From an uncultured Chloroflexia bacterium (GTDB lineage Bacteria; Chloroflexota; Limnocylindria; Limnocylindrales; CSP1-4), in the NCBI GenBank assembly GCA_963768035.1, contig CAVYGJ010000001.1:1894-65893 (forward strand): 64,000 bases of DNA, written 5' to 3'. The stretch's first letter is position 1, and every line of letters begins with the position of its first letter. Below, piece by piece: positions 39,593 to 50,465 of this stretch. The position numbers were made by a program, and so were the translations under genes. The notes beneath the pieces were generated by a model, which searched no databases, was not told where the DNA came from, and saw only the letters and a program-made list of their open reading frames with translations.

Positions 39593-42500
39593 TCAGGGGA
39601 GGGTGAGGATCGGGAACGGGGTGGCGTTCAGCCAGGCCGACGAGACGATCGTCCCGTCACTGGCCCGGAGGCGGAAGTAGTACGAGGTGTTCCGGCTGAG
39701 GCCGGTGACGCTGAGCGTGGTTGCCGTGGCCGCCACGTTGGTCGTCGTGATGCCGTTGGCGAAGGTCGAGCTCGCCGACCGCTGGATCGTGAACCCGGTC
39801 ACGTTGGCCGTGTTCGCCGTCCAGGTGAGGTTGACGGTGCGCTGACCACCCGCGATCGGCACGTTGACTCGCCGTGAGGGTGGTCGGGACGGCGGGCAGG
39901 ATCGGCACGGTCGCCGAGGCGACGTTGCTGTACGCCGACTGGACGATCGCGTTGATCGCGGTCACCCGGTAGGAGTACGTCGTGACGGTGGCGCCAGCAG
40001 CGATGGTCGAGTCCGTGAGGGTCACGGTCGCGCTGCCGCTCGTGCGGGGCGGGAGGTTCGCTCCGAGCTGGGCGAAGGTCACGCCGTCGGTGGACCGCTC
40101 CACGATGAACCCCGTCTCGTTGTTCGCATTGTCACGGAAGGAGAGGTTCATCACCGGCCCGGTCGCGCCGGCGGCCAGGGTCGCGGTCATGAGCGTCGGG
40201 GCCGCCGGCGGTGCCGGGACGACGACGCTGACGATGTTGGACGGGAGCGAGTTGCCGATCGCGTTGGTCGCGATGACCTGGTACCTGAAGGTCGCTGCGG
40301 ACGTGAGCCCGTTGGCGACCGTGTCGACGAAGGTCTTGATGGTTGGGTCGGCGATCGTGCTGACCGTGGCAAAGGCGGCGTTGCCCAGCGCACGCTGGAC
40401 CACGTAGCCCGTCGCGTTCGTCCCTGCCTGGGCCCAGGTCAGGGTGACCTTCGGGCCGAAGGAGAGGACGGCGGCGAGCGCGGTCGGAGCCTTGGGCGGG
40501 TTGAGGACCGTGATGGGATCCGACAGCGAGAACACGGTTGCGGTCGAATACCCGGTGATCGCCGAGTCGGTCGAGCCGACCGTGTTGCGGGCCATGACGC
40601 GGTACTGGTAGTCGGTGAACGGGTCGTAGGTCGGGTCGACCAGCGACCGGTCCTGGTGGATGTTCGGATCAGCCAGCGGCGAGTCGATGGTCCCGACGTC
40701 GGTCCACGTCGTCGTGCCGTTGATCGCCCGCTGGACCACGAAGGACGTCTCGGTGATCGACTGGTCCTTGAAGGTCAGCGTGTGGGTCGCCTTGTCGAAC
40801 ACGAGCGTGTCGGCCTTGAGCGGCGGCAGTGCATAGAGCACCGGCCGCATCATGTCCATCTCCTCATGGCTGAGGATGTGGCAGTGATAGACGTACTCCC
40901 AACCGAAGTTGACGAGCGCGTTGCTCACGGTCGAGACGTTGCCCTTCGGGTCGACGATGAGCCCGTTGGGGTCAAGGTCGGCGCCGAGCGGCATCATCGG
41001 GCTCAGCGGCCGGATGCTGTTCGGAACCTCGAACGGAAGTGTCGGGGTGATCGGCCGCAGGGCGACGATCGTGTCCTCGAGCGGGCTGACGCGGACGGTC
41101 TCCTTCCAGCCGAGCTCGGAGGGCTCGGTGGGAATGATGATGTTGTCCCAGGTGACCCGGTTCAGGATCTGAACGTTGAACAGGTGGAAGTGGATCGGGT
41201 GGGTGTCCACGCCGTTGTGGGTGATCTTCCAGATCTGGGTCCCGTCACTGGCCGAGCTGATGGCCTGGACATTGACGTCGCCACTTCGGAAGGTTGGTCC
41301 CGTCGATGACCTCCGTCGGAGGCGCGATGTACGGGTAGAGCAGGATGTTCTGCCCCGCCGGCGTCGCGGGAACCGCCTCGAGGCCGAGGTTGGCCGTCAT
41401 CCGGCCGAACTCGTCGAAGGCGGCCGAGTTCATCTCGTCGTGGAGCGCCTTCGGTTCGATCTTGACTGACAGCTGCGGACTCGAGCCCTTGAGGTTGTCG
41501 AACCGGAACTGCTGTCCGCCCTGCTGGTTGATCCGCGCCATGCCCGTCGCACTTGTTGGTGCCGGTCGGCTTGGTGCAGTCGCCACTCGAGACGAAGGAC
41601 TTGCCGTACGCGGAGTTGTAGGCGGCCTGCCCGACGATGATCGGGTCCTGGCTGGACTCGAAGACGCCGGAGCCGTCCGCGTGATGCTTGAAGGCATTGT
41701 TGAGGGTCGTCAGGTTGAACGCCGTCGGCGGCGTGGTTGCCGCGACCTTGACCTGCATGATGGTCCGCGTGTTCGGGCCGTAGCCTGGCAGGACCACGCC
41801 GGCACCCGTGTCCGGGCCGCCGGTGAAGTAGTCGTAGCGTCGCGACGCGGGCAGGGAACGCGGCGGGCGCGTCGTTGTAGAGGATCAGGGTCTTGCCCGC
41901 GTACTTTGAGAAGTCGACGACCACGTCGCCGCGCTCGGCCGGGGCCAGGAGCAGCGAGTGCTTGTCGACGTTCCCGACGTCGAAGCGGGTCGGGTCGGTG
42001 ATCCACGTCGTCGGCTGGGGCGGAACGACCGTCGGGGCCGGCAGGAAGCCGCCCTCGGAGCCGATCTGGATCCAGCTCGGACCCTTGGGGCTCAGGGTCT
42101 CGTCCGGCGTCGGGGCGACGTTGATGTCGGTCTGGGCTGCGGCGACCTCGGACGCCTTGAGGGCGACCTCGGTACCGGTGCTGATTATGCCGACGTCGAG
42201 TCAGCGACGTACCAGGACAGGTTCCAGAAGCGGTCGTTGGCCGCGTTCAGGATCCGGAAGCGGTACGTCTTCGGGTCGACCGTGGTGGTCGGGATAGGCC
42301 GTGCCGTTGACGATCGGGGTGTCGTTGAACTGCTCCATGCCGACGGAGATGTTCGGCGTGCCGGGGATGACTCGCGGCTCGCAGAACGGATCGACCTGGT
42401 ACTGCCAGGTGGCAGGCACGTCGAGGTTGCAGGCTGTCGCCAGCGGCGTCGTGAAGTCGTCGGCGGCCTCAGGGCTGCCGATGACGCCGATGACGCCATC

Positions 42501-45215
42501 GGGGCCCTTCGGGTCCATGTTGTAGTACGGGTTGGCGATCGGGCCATTGACCGGCTTGGCCGGCGGCCAGAACCACGGGCCGTACATCCAGCGGCCGTAG
42601 GCGCTCATGCCCAGACGGGTCGCTGGGGTTCTGGGCGGGCATGTAGACGTGGTGGTACCAGAGGTCGCCGAAGCCGCCCCACTTGGAGCCGTCCCACGTT
42701 GGGTCCTGCCCGCGCGAGCTGAGTCAGCTGACGGGACGAAGGTGCGGTCCTGGATGACGAGCGGTGTCCCGACGCCGAGGCCGGCAAGCGCGCCACCGGT
42801 ACCGATGAGCTTCTGTTCGGTCGCGTCGGTGAGGACGATAGCCGGCTGCCTCGCCCGCGTACACGTTGAGGCGCGTGATGCCCCAGGCGTGGTCGTGGTA
42901 GAACATCAGCCGCGCTGACTGCTGGTTGGTGTAGTAGAACGTCTGGCAGCCGTCCGTCGGCGGCGGTGCAATCGGGCACGCCGGGGCGATGCGCGGAGCC
43001 ATGTCGGGAACGTTCTCGACGCTCACGCCCTGCGGGCCACGGAGTGGTCTCGTTGGCGGGGGTGATCCACTGGTGCGGGGTGCCGTCGCTGATCCACGGG
43101 GTGACACCGCCGTGGAGGTGCAACGTCGCGCGGTTCTGCGGTGAAGCACATGTCGCGCATCGACGCGTCGTAGGACTTCTCCGTGCACATCGGGTTGCGG
43201 GTCAGGTCGGTGACCGTGCCCTGGTTCGCGTTCGGGTCGGGCATGGCGGCCGGGGTGTCAGCCCGAGCCCATGATCGACGTGTCGGTCGGGAGGAACAGG
43301 TCGCCGGCGGCGCCGTTCGGAAGCAGGTTGTAGAAGACGATCCGGACCGCCGAGTCCTTGGTCGCGACGATGGTCGGGCCGAGGTAGTGCGGGTTGTCGA
43401 CGCCGACGGCCTGGGTGACGCCGTCGGGCATCAGGACCGGGCGTCGTCGTGCCGTCGAGGTTGTCCTGGACGAGCGGGACCTGCGTCGCCGGGGACGACG
43501 CTGGTCGACAGCTGGACGTACTCGCGGAGCAGCGTGCCGGCAGCGGGCAGGCTCGAGCTCATGCGCTCGCGATGCTGCACGACCGCGATGACGTAGTAGT
43601 CGGCGCTCGGGAACGTGGTCGTGTCGGGTACGGCGAGCGGGATGTACTGGCCGAGGTTGTTCGCCCCGGCCGCGGTGAGGCCGGGCAGGGTGTCGACGAA
43701 CTTCGTGATGCCGCCCGGCGTGATGTAGCCGGAGCCCGCGGTCAGGAAGATGAGGGCGACGATCGCGACGATCGGACGAGGGCGAGGAGGACGCGCCAGT
43801 GCCCGGCCGGTGTCGGCGAACGCGACGGTCCGGAGCGGACGTGTAGCCGGCGCCGAACGTGTCGACGACGACGGACAGGATCTTGAGGGTCGAATCGGCC
43901 CGCTGCCTCGACGAAGCCGGCGGGCGGGTTGATCGGGTCGAACTGGGTGCCGTCGCGAACGACGACGCCGGGGCGCGGCCGCAGTAGCCGGAGCCGGGGT
44001 TGTCGATGACGATGCCCGGTGACGGCCAGCAGGCCCATGTCAGGAGCGCTCTGTGCAATCGGGGTACGGGGCCGCGCACGTGGCATGGCCCTGTGCCTGG
44101 ATGCCCGCGGGGTCATCCGGCAGGTCGAAGTCCACGGTCGGGAAGCTGTAGGCGGCTCCTTCGACCGAGAGCGTGACGCCGTCGACGCCGCCGAGCGCGT
44201 GCGCGGTCGCGTCGGTCGTCGCCCCGCCACCGGTGATGGTGACGGACGGCGCGGTGTAGCCGCTGCCGGCCTGGTCGACCGCGATGCCGGTGACCGCGCC
44301 GGACGTCTGGACGTCGGCGCTCGCTGTAGCGCCGCTGCCGGCGCCCGTGATCGCGACGGTCGCTGACGCGTAGTCGTGGCCGGGGTTGGTGATGGTCAGG
44401 CCGGTGACGGCGCCGTTGGCGCCGACGGTCGCCTCGGCGGTCGCGCCCGCGCCCGCGGCCGGGACCGCTCGGCGGCTGGATCGTCGCGCCGAACGAATAG
44501 GTCCTGCCCGGCGATCGTGCGGGAGCGCGTGTCGTGTCGATCGGGCTGGTCGGCGCAGCGGCGACGGGATAGCGCCACCAGGTCCGTGCCGGTCAGGTCG
44601 ACCGGGATGCCCTGCCCGTAGAAGGCGATCTGGTCGCCGAGCTGGACGGGCGCCGAGACGGGCCACGTATGCACGCCATCGGCCTCGACCGGGACCGTCA
44701 GCGGCCCGCTGTCGAACACGATGTCGAACTGGCCGATGGTCCCCGTCGGGCGCAGCACGTACGCGTTGAAGGTGTTGCCCGGCGACGGCAGCCCGGCTGC
44801 CGGCAGGTTCTCGGTGAAGGTCTGGAAGCCCGTGATGCGTCCCGGCAGGCAGGGCGTTCGGGAGCACCACGAGGACGGTGCCCTGGCCCGGCGTGTTGCT
44901 GCCGGTGTTGATCGTGTCGTCACTCGCGAACTCGCGCGCCGTGACGGCGTTCCCGACGGCGATCGGCGTGACCGGCAGCGATCCCGCGGTGATCGTCACC
45001 GTGGCGTCGGGCTGGGTCAGCGGGCTGTTCGCCCAGTTGGGATACGGGCCGAAGTAGTGCGGGACCTTGGTCTGGTCGACCGGGCTGAGCGGCGCAGCGA
45101 CCGGCGCGCGATCCGCACCCCCGGATGGTGCCGGTGCCGACCGGGCAATCCCCGGCGCGGCCCCCGTCAAGACCAGGACGAACGCGGCGAGCGTCGCCAT
45201 GAGCTTTCTTCTCAT
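39593..45215 (-). pseudogene. giant secreted multicopper oxidase (signal peptide, GSGY repeats, 3 cupredoxin domains, 4 FN3); at least 15 frame breaks
   Basis: GGAGGAAGGA precedes ATG 45215, followed by the signal 'MRRKLMATLAAFVLVLTGAAPGIARS'. All four Cu motifs are present: 'HLHGG' (about 43110), 'FYHDHAWG' (about 42880-42903), 'HPIHFH' (about 41184-41201) and 'HCHILSHEEMDMM' (40848-40886). There are 4-5 copies of a '..GSGYT.P.V.I.GGG'-type repeat in 43.6-44.4 kb and four FN3-like modules in 39.6-40.8 kb. The pieces are spread over all three minus frames. Length is 5623 nt (3n+1). Confidence 0.7.
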
Positions 45216-45460
45216 CGTCGATCCTTCCTCCGTCCGGATCTTCCGGCTCGGTCTTCCCCCGCGCGCAAGTGACGCCACCGGCTCACCGCGCGGTCGATCG
45301 GGGCATGGGCGACGTGCCCGCTACCCCAGCAGGCATCGACCGTAGTCGCCTCGATGGCGACCGCCATCGGTGGACGCCCGGAGGGCACTACGGGATCGCG
45401 AGGTCGGTACCGTCTCCGTACCCCGGGCGCAATGCGTACTCGCCTCTGCACGGGCACGGA

Positions 45461-45941
45461 TGCACGCGGCCCGTCTGTGCGCGATGCTTCGGTGATGGAG
45501 AGGAGTCACCCGCTGCCAGGGTCCGCACCCCGCGCCTGGACGACGAGGCTGCGGCCGATGTTGCGCGGGACCAGCTGCGCGCGACAGGCGTCATCGCGAT
45601 CGAGCCCGGCCCGGCCATTGCGGTCATGCTCGCGCCGGGCGAGCACCTGCTCACGGTCCGACACATGGCACGCGTCGAGCTGCTCGTTGGGAGCGACGAG
45701 CCGCCGACTCGCGACGCGGCGCCTCTACCTCACGGATCGGCGGCTCGTGCTCATGGAGCCGCCCCTCGATCTCTCGCTGGGCGACATCCGGGATGTCGAG
45801 GTCGTCGATGGTGAGCTGATGCTGCTCGCTGAGGGGAGCGGCGGCGATCCGGATCCACATCGACGACCCGAGGGTCTTCCGCGTCGAGATCGCGGCCGCC
45901 CGCTCGGCGCACAGGGTGGCGTGCGGTGCGCGACCGCGTGA
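45461..45941 (+). pseudogene. small bacterial PH-domain-like protein; 2 frame breaks
   Basis: 'MHAARLCARCFG...DQLRATGVIAIEPGPAIAVMLAPGEHLLTVRHMARVELLVGS', then 'RRLYLTDRRLVLMEPPLDLSLGDIRDVEVVDGELMLL', then 'AAIRIHIDDPRVFRVEIAAARSA'. The 'LYLTDRRLVL ... I..V' pattern is typical of bPH domains. Confidence 0.35.
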
Positions 45942-45942
45942 G

Positions 45943-46581
45943 TCAGTCGGACTCGCGATAGCGGCGAGCCGCCTCGGCCCGGTTCCGCACGCCCAGCTTG
46001 TGGAGCACGCTGCTCACATGCGTCTCGACAGTCCGCGTGGAGATGGTCAGCGCCGTGGCGATGTCGCGGTCGCTGAGGCCGTCCGCGAGGAGGCGGAGCA
46101 CGTCCCGCTCCCGGGCGGTCAGTCGCTCCACGCCCTCCGCCTCGGAGGCGGGGTCTGGTCCGCTGCGGCGGGCGAGGCGGAGCACGAGGCGCGCCGCCAG
46201 ACGGCGCGGCATGACGAGCTCCCCTGCGTATGCCGCGCGTACGGCACGCGCCAGGGACTCCGGCGTGACGTCCTTCGTGAGGTAGCCTGCCGCCCCGTTA
46301 CGGATCGCGTCGAGGACGTCCCGGTCCGAGGCCGAGACCGTGAGCATGATGATCCTCGTCTCCGGCAGGCGGGGTGCGAGCTCGCGGAGCACCTGCGATG
46401 CCCGACATCCCGGGCAGCTCGATGTCGAGCAGGAGGATGTCGGGCTTGATGTCGGGGGCCCGCGCGAGGGCGTCCTCGGCGGTGGCGTCCTCGGCCACGA
46501 CCTCGACGCCAGGCCCGTGACCGCGTCGTGGACGGCGCGCCGAACGAGAGGGTGGTCGTCCACGATGATGACCGATGACAT
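45943..46581 (-). pseudogene. NarL/LuxR-family response regulator with a hidden compensated double frameshift across the phospho-acceptor region
   Basis: The 212-aa ORF is open, but residues 24-62 ('LASRSWPRTPPPRTPSRG...') are nonsense. The receiver sequence 'PGVEVVAEDATAEDALARAPDIKPDILLLDIELPGMSGI' is in the 46298..46588 frame. One C is missing near 46510 and one extra G sits near 46399. The C-terminal LuxR HTH 'LTARERDVLRLLADGLSDRDIATALTISTRTVETHV' is intact. Confidence 0.7.
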
Positions 46582-46584
46582 GGG

Positions 46585-48191
46585 TCATGCGGCGACCTCA
46601 GCTGGCGCGCGGGCGCGACGCACACCGTTCAACGGCGCCGAAACGGAGATCGTGGTCCCCTCGCCCGGCGCGGACTGGATGTCGAGGCGTGCGCCGATCA
46701 GCGCGGCACGCTCGCGCATGGAGAGCAGACCGAACGAGCCAGCCCGGACGGCGCGGGTGTCGAAGCCGCATCCGTTGTCGGCAACGCGGAGGGTCATTCG
46801 GCCGTTGCGGATCACGACTCGCAGCCCGATGACCGTCGCAGCGGCGTGGTGGCGGGCGTTGGTGAGGGCCTCCTGGGCGATCCGGAGAACCTCAGCCTGG
46901 GTGCGCGGAGCGACGACGCTGGGGTCGCCCTCGCAGGCGTACTCGACGCGCATCCCGAACCGGTCCTCGAACTCGTTGGCGTACTGGCGCATCAGCTCGC
47001 TGAACCCCTCCTCGCCGTCCGCCGCCATGCGCAGGGCGAGCACCGCCTGGCGGGCCTCGGTGAGGCCGTTGTCGATCGCGGCCTCGGTCTCGGCAAGCAG
47101 CGGCCTGGCGGCGCTGGGGAGTGCCGGCGACCGCGGCGACCTGGCGCGCCTTGAGCTTCGCGAGCCACAGGTCCTGCGCCAGGCCGTCATGGAGCTCGCG
47201 CGCCAGCCGACTCCGCTCATCCATGGCCGCCCGATCGACATCTGCGTCGCGAAGCGCGGCGAGCTCGATGTTTGCCGCGCGCAGGCGGGCCAGCGTGGCG
47301 CGCGCCTCGGCCTCGATACCGAGGAGGAGCGCGACGAAGGAGGCGAGCCGGAGCAGGTCCGCGCTGGCCGACCTGCCCGGGATGCCCGCTCGGGTACAGG
47401 ATCCAGTGGACCTCCGCGAACGCCGCGAACACGAGCGCGACGGCGATCCACGCGTCGACGATCATCCGATCGCGATGCCACGTCCTGCGCATGACGACGG
47501 CGGCCCCGGACGTACAGCGTCGCGATGACGACCTGGACGATGCACGCCGAGTGGCGTGATGTCCGGGAGCCCGTCGGAGCCCAGTGAGGAGCTGCGGGAA
47601 CCGCACGGTCGCGTCGTTCTGCGTGACGGAGGCGACGAGCGCGAGCGCGAAGACCGCCATCCCGGGCGCGACCAGCACGATGCCCGGGTGGCGCAGCTCG
47701 CCGCGTCGCTGCATGGTCGTGCCGCCGACGATGAGCAGGCTCGCCGCGAGCATCGCGTGCGACCAGGCGAACACCCATACCTGCGGCATGCGCTCTGGGA
47801 CGGCGAGGGTCTCCGGGACCTGCGTCCCGTCCCGAGGCTCAATGCGAGGGCGACGCCGTAGGCGACCGCGAGCGCCCGGAACGCGGGCCGGAAAGCGCGA
47901 TCGGCTCGCGGCGATCACCGTACGCACCCAGGCGAGCGCCGTGAGCGAGATCGAGACGACGACGGCGGTCGTGTCCATCGCGAGGTCGACGGCCGGCGCG
48001 ACCATGTGCGCGTGAACGCCGGGTACCAGCGCCACCAAGATCGTCAGCGCGACGAGGATGAACAGCGAGATCACGCAGCACGACGTCGGGTCGCTCACCG
48101 GATCGTGGACCGGAGAAACGGCTCGAGCGTCGGTGTCGCTGACGGGGCCGGGATCTCGGCCACCTGTCCCCCAACGCCCGAGCTGGGGCAT
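46585..48191 (-). pseudogene. NarX/LiaS-type (HisKA_3) sensor histidine kinase; at least 4 frame breaks
   Basis: The H-box 'ERSRLARELHDGLAQDLW' is in 46892..47224. The HATPase motifs 'ALTNARHHA', 'VADNGCGF' and 'GLLSMRERAALIGARL' are in 46585..47778. The multi-TM N-terminus ('VISLFILVALTILVALVPG', 'VWVFAWSHAMLAASLLIVGG', 'IVDAWIAVALVFAAFAEVHWILYP') is in the 47217..49139 frame. Confidence 0.6.
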
Positions 48192-48334
48192 GACTTCCCG
48201 GAGCGATGCTTGCTCCGGCAGAAGAACAGCGTGACCTGTCGGACCCGCGAGCGTGCACATGCCAATCGGACCGTCGCATCGGCAAGCCGCTCGGCCCATC
48301 GGCGCCGTCCACGACGCGATGTGGCGGGACCGCG

Positions 48335-49675
48335 CTACTCGGGCCAGCGGAACCCGATCGCCGTCCCGGTGTCGTCCGGGCCGCGTCCGACGTCGAGCGC
48401 GCCGCCGCACGCCCGAGCCTCGGCCCGCATGTCCGCGAGCCCGCGGCGCCCGCCGCGCGCGGCAGCCGCCTCGTCGATCGCCGGTCCCGCGCCGTCGTCC
48501 ACGATCCGCAGCCGGACGTGGCTCGCGTCGGCGGCGAGGCGCACGGACACCGAGGCGCCCGGCGCGTGGCGGACGACGTTGTCGAGCGCGAGCTGCGTGA
48601 CCCGGAACGCCGCGCGCTCCACGTCCCGCGGCGGCCGCGCCGGCGGCGCGGCGCCGGGGGAGGGGAACGCGGGACCCCCGTCGACGAGGATCTCGACCCG
48701 GACGTCCGACCGGTCCTCGGTGCGCTCCGCGAGCCACTCGAGCCCGGCGAGGAGGCCCATCTCCTCGAGCACGATCGAGCGCCGGGCGAGGAGGAGCGCC
48801 TCGACCTCGTCCACGGCAGAGCGGAGGTCCGCGGCGAGCCGCTCGACGGTGCCGCCGCCCTCGGCCTCGGCGAGCGCCCGGCGGAGGGAGGGGAGGACCT
48901 CGGCGTGGAGGTCGGCGGCGAGCCGGCCGCGCTCCGACTCGACCGCCTCGGCGCGGCCGGCCTCGCGGCCCGGGACGAGCTCGTCGACGAACACGCGGAG
49001 CACCGAGAACGCCGCGGCGGGCCGGGTCCCGGCCGCCTCGCCGGCGCGCAGCCGGTCGCGCGTCCTGCCGAACGCGGGGCCGAGGTCGCGGACGAGGCCG
49101 ATCGCCGTGAGCCCGGCGATCACGCCCATCCACGCCCACGCGGGGATGCCACCGCGCTCGCCCTCGAGCGCCCGCCGCACGAGACCGACGATCAGCAGGG
49201 CGCTCACGAGCGTGGCGGCGCCCCAGGCGATCGCGACGACCGTTCGCGGGCGTTGACCGTCAGAGGTGGCGTACGCGGCCGCGATGATCGGCGGCACGGC
49301 GAGCGCCGCCGCGAGCAGCGCGGAGAGGACGAGCTCGGCGTCACCGCCCGCGAGCGCCCGGTACTCCCTGACGATCCCCTCGACCGCGAGCGCGGACGCC
49401 GTCGACCCGACGATGAGCGCGCACCACGAGAGGGTCGGCGCCCAGGTGTGGGTGAGCGCGACGACCGTCAGCGCGGCGAGGGCCCACAGGTGGGGGACCC
49501 AGTCCGTCGCGTCGGGCGGCGGCACGCCGAACGGGTTCAGGACGCGCAGCGCGAGCGAGCTCGCGACGAGGACCGCGGTCGTGAGGGTCGCGAGCTTCAA
49601 CGCCGTCGTGACGCGGACCCGCGCGTGCGCGGGCGCCGGCGCGGTCACGCTGCCGGTGACGCCGGCATCGCTCAT
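48335..49675 (-). CDS. HisKA_3 sensor histidine kinase (intact paralogue)
   Basis: ATG 49675 overlaps the upstream RR stop (ATGA). It has a multi-TM N-terminus, the H-box 'ERGRLAADLHAEVLPSL', 'ALDNVVRHA', 'IVDDGAGP' and 'GLADMRAEA'. Confidence 0.8.
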   Translation of the reverse strand: MSDAGVTGSVTAPAPAHARVRVTTALKLATLTTAVLVASSLALRVLNPFGVPPPDATDWVPHLWALAALTVVALTHTWAPTLSWCALIVGSTASALAVEGIVREYRALAGGDAELVLSALLAAALAVPPIIAAAYATSDGQRPRTVVAIAWGAATLVSALLIVGLVRRALEGERGGIPAWAWMGVIAGLTAIGLVRDLGPAFGRTRDRLRAGEAAGTRPAAAFSVLRVFVDELVPGREAGRAEAVESERGRLAADLHAEVLPSLRRALAEAEGGGTVERLAADLRSAVDEVEALLLARRSIVLEEMGLLAGLEWLAERTEDRSDVRVEILVDGGPAFPSPGAAPPARPPRDVERAAFRVTQLALDNVVRHAPGASVSVRLAADASHVRLRIVDDGAGPAIDEAAAARGGRRGLADMRAEARACGGALDVGRGPDDTGTAIGFRWPE

Positions 49676-50310
49676 GCCCTGGCCTTCTCCGTCACCCATC
49701 CCTCGCGCAGGGCGAGGACCGCGAGCTCCGTCCGCGACAGCACGCCGTAGCGGTCGAACAGGCGCCGCAGGTGGCTCTCGACCGTCTTCTCGGTCACGCC
49801 CAGCTGGACGCCGACCTCGTCGTTGGACGCCCCGCCGCAGACGAGCGTGAGCACCTCGATCTCGCGGTCGGACGGGCGCCGCGGGGCGGACCGGATCGCG
49901 CGCAGCATCGAGGCGGAGAACGCCGTGCCGCCTGCCGCCACGGTCCGGATCGCGTCGAGGATCTCGGTGACCTCGCTCGTCTTGAGCAGGTAGCCCGCCG
50001 CCCCGCGCTCGAACGCCGTGCGGATGAGCGGCGGCTGGTCGAACGACGAGAGGAGGAGCACGGCCGGCCCATTGGACCCGGCCGCCTCGAGGATCCGCAG
50101 CCCCTCGGCCTCGCCCGCGAGCTGGACGTCCGACACGATCACGTCGCACGCGGTGGCGCCCGGGCCGTCGAGCAGCGCCCGCGCGCCGTCGAGCGAGCGC
50201 GCCGTGCCCGCGAGCACGAGATCGGGCGCGCCACGGACCGCCGCGCTGACGGCCTCGAGGATCGCCGGGTGATCGTCCACCAGGACGACGCGGACCTGCT
50301 GTGCAGCCAT
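49672..50310 (-). CDS. NarL/LuxR-family response regulator (intact paralogue)
   Basis: 'VVLVDDHPAILEAV...DVIVSDVQLAGE' plus the HTH 'SDREIEVLTLVCGGASNDEVGVQLGVTEKTVESHL'. Confidence 0.85.
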   Translation of the reverse strand: MAAQQVRVVLVDDHPAILEAVSAAVRGAPDLVLAGTARSLDGARALLDGPGATACDVIVSDVQLAGEAEGLRILEAAGSNGPAVLLLSSFDQPPLIRTAFERGAAGYLLKTSEVTEILDAIRTVAAGGTAFSASMLRAIRSAPRRPSDREIEVLTLVCGGASNDEVGVQLGVTEKTVESHLRRLFDRYGVLSRTELAVLALREGWVTEKARA

Positions 50311-50465
50311 GCGGGCAGCCTACTCCGCGACGGAGGCCATGCGAAGGTCGCGCGGCCGGGGCTCACGCGAAGGCGGGATGCGGGGAATCCCGCAACGCGG
50401 GGTCGCGACGCCGCTCGGCCGGCCCGCCACGACGGCATACTCAGCCGCAGGAGGGTCGGGCACGG

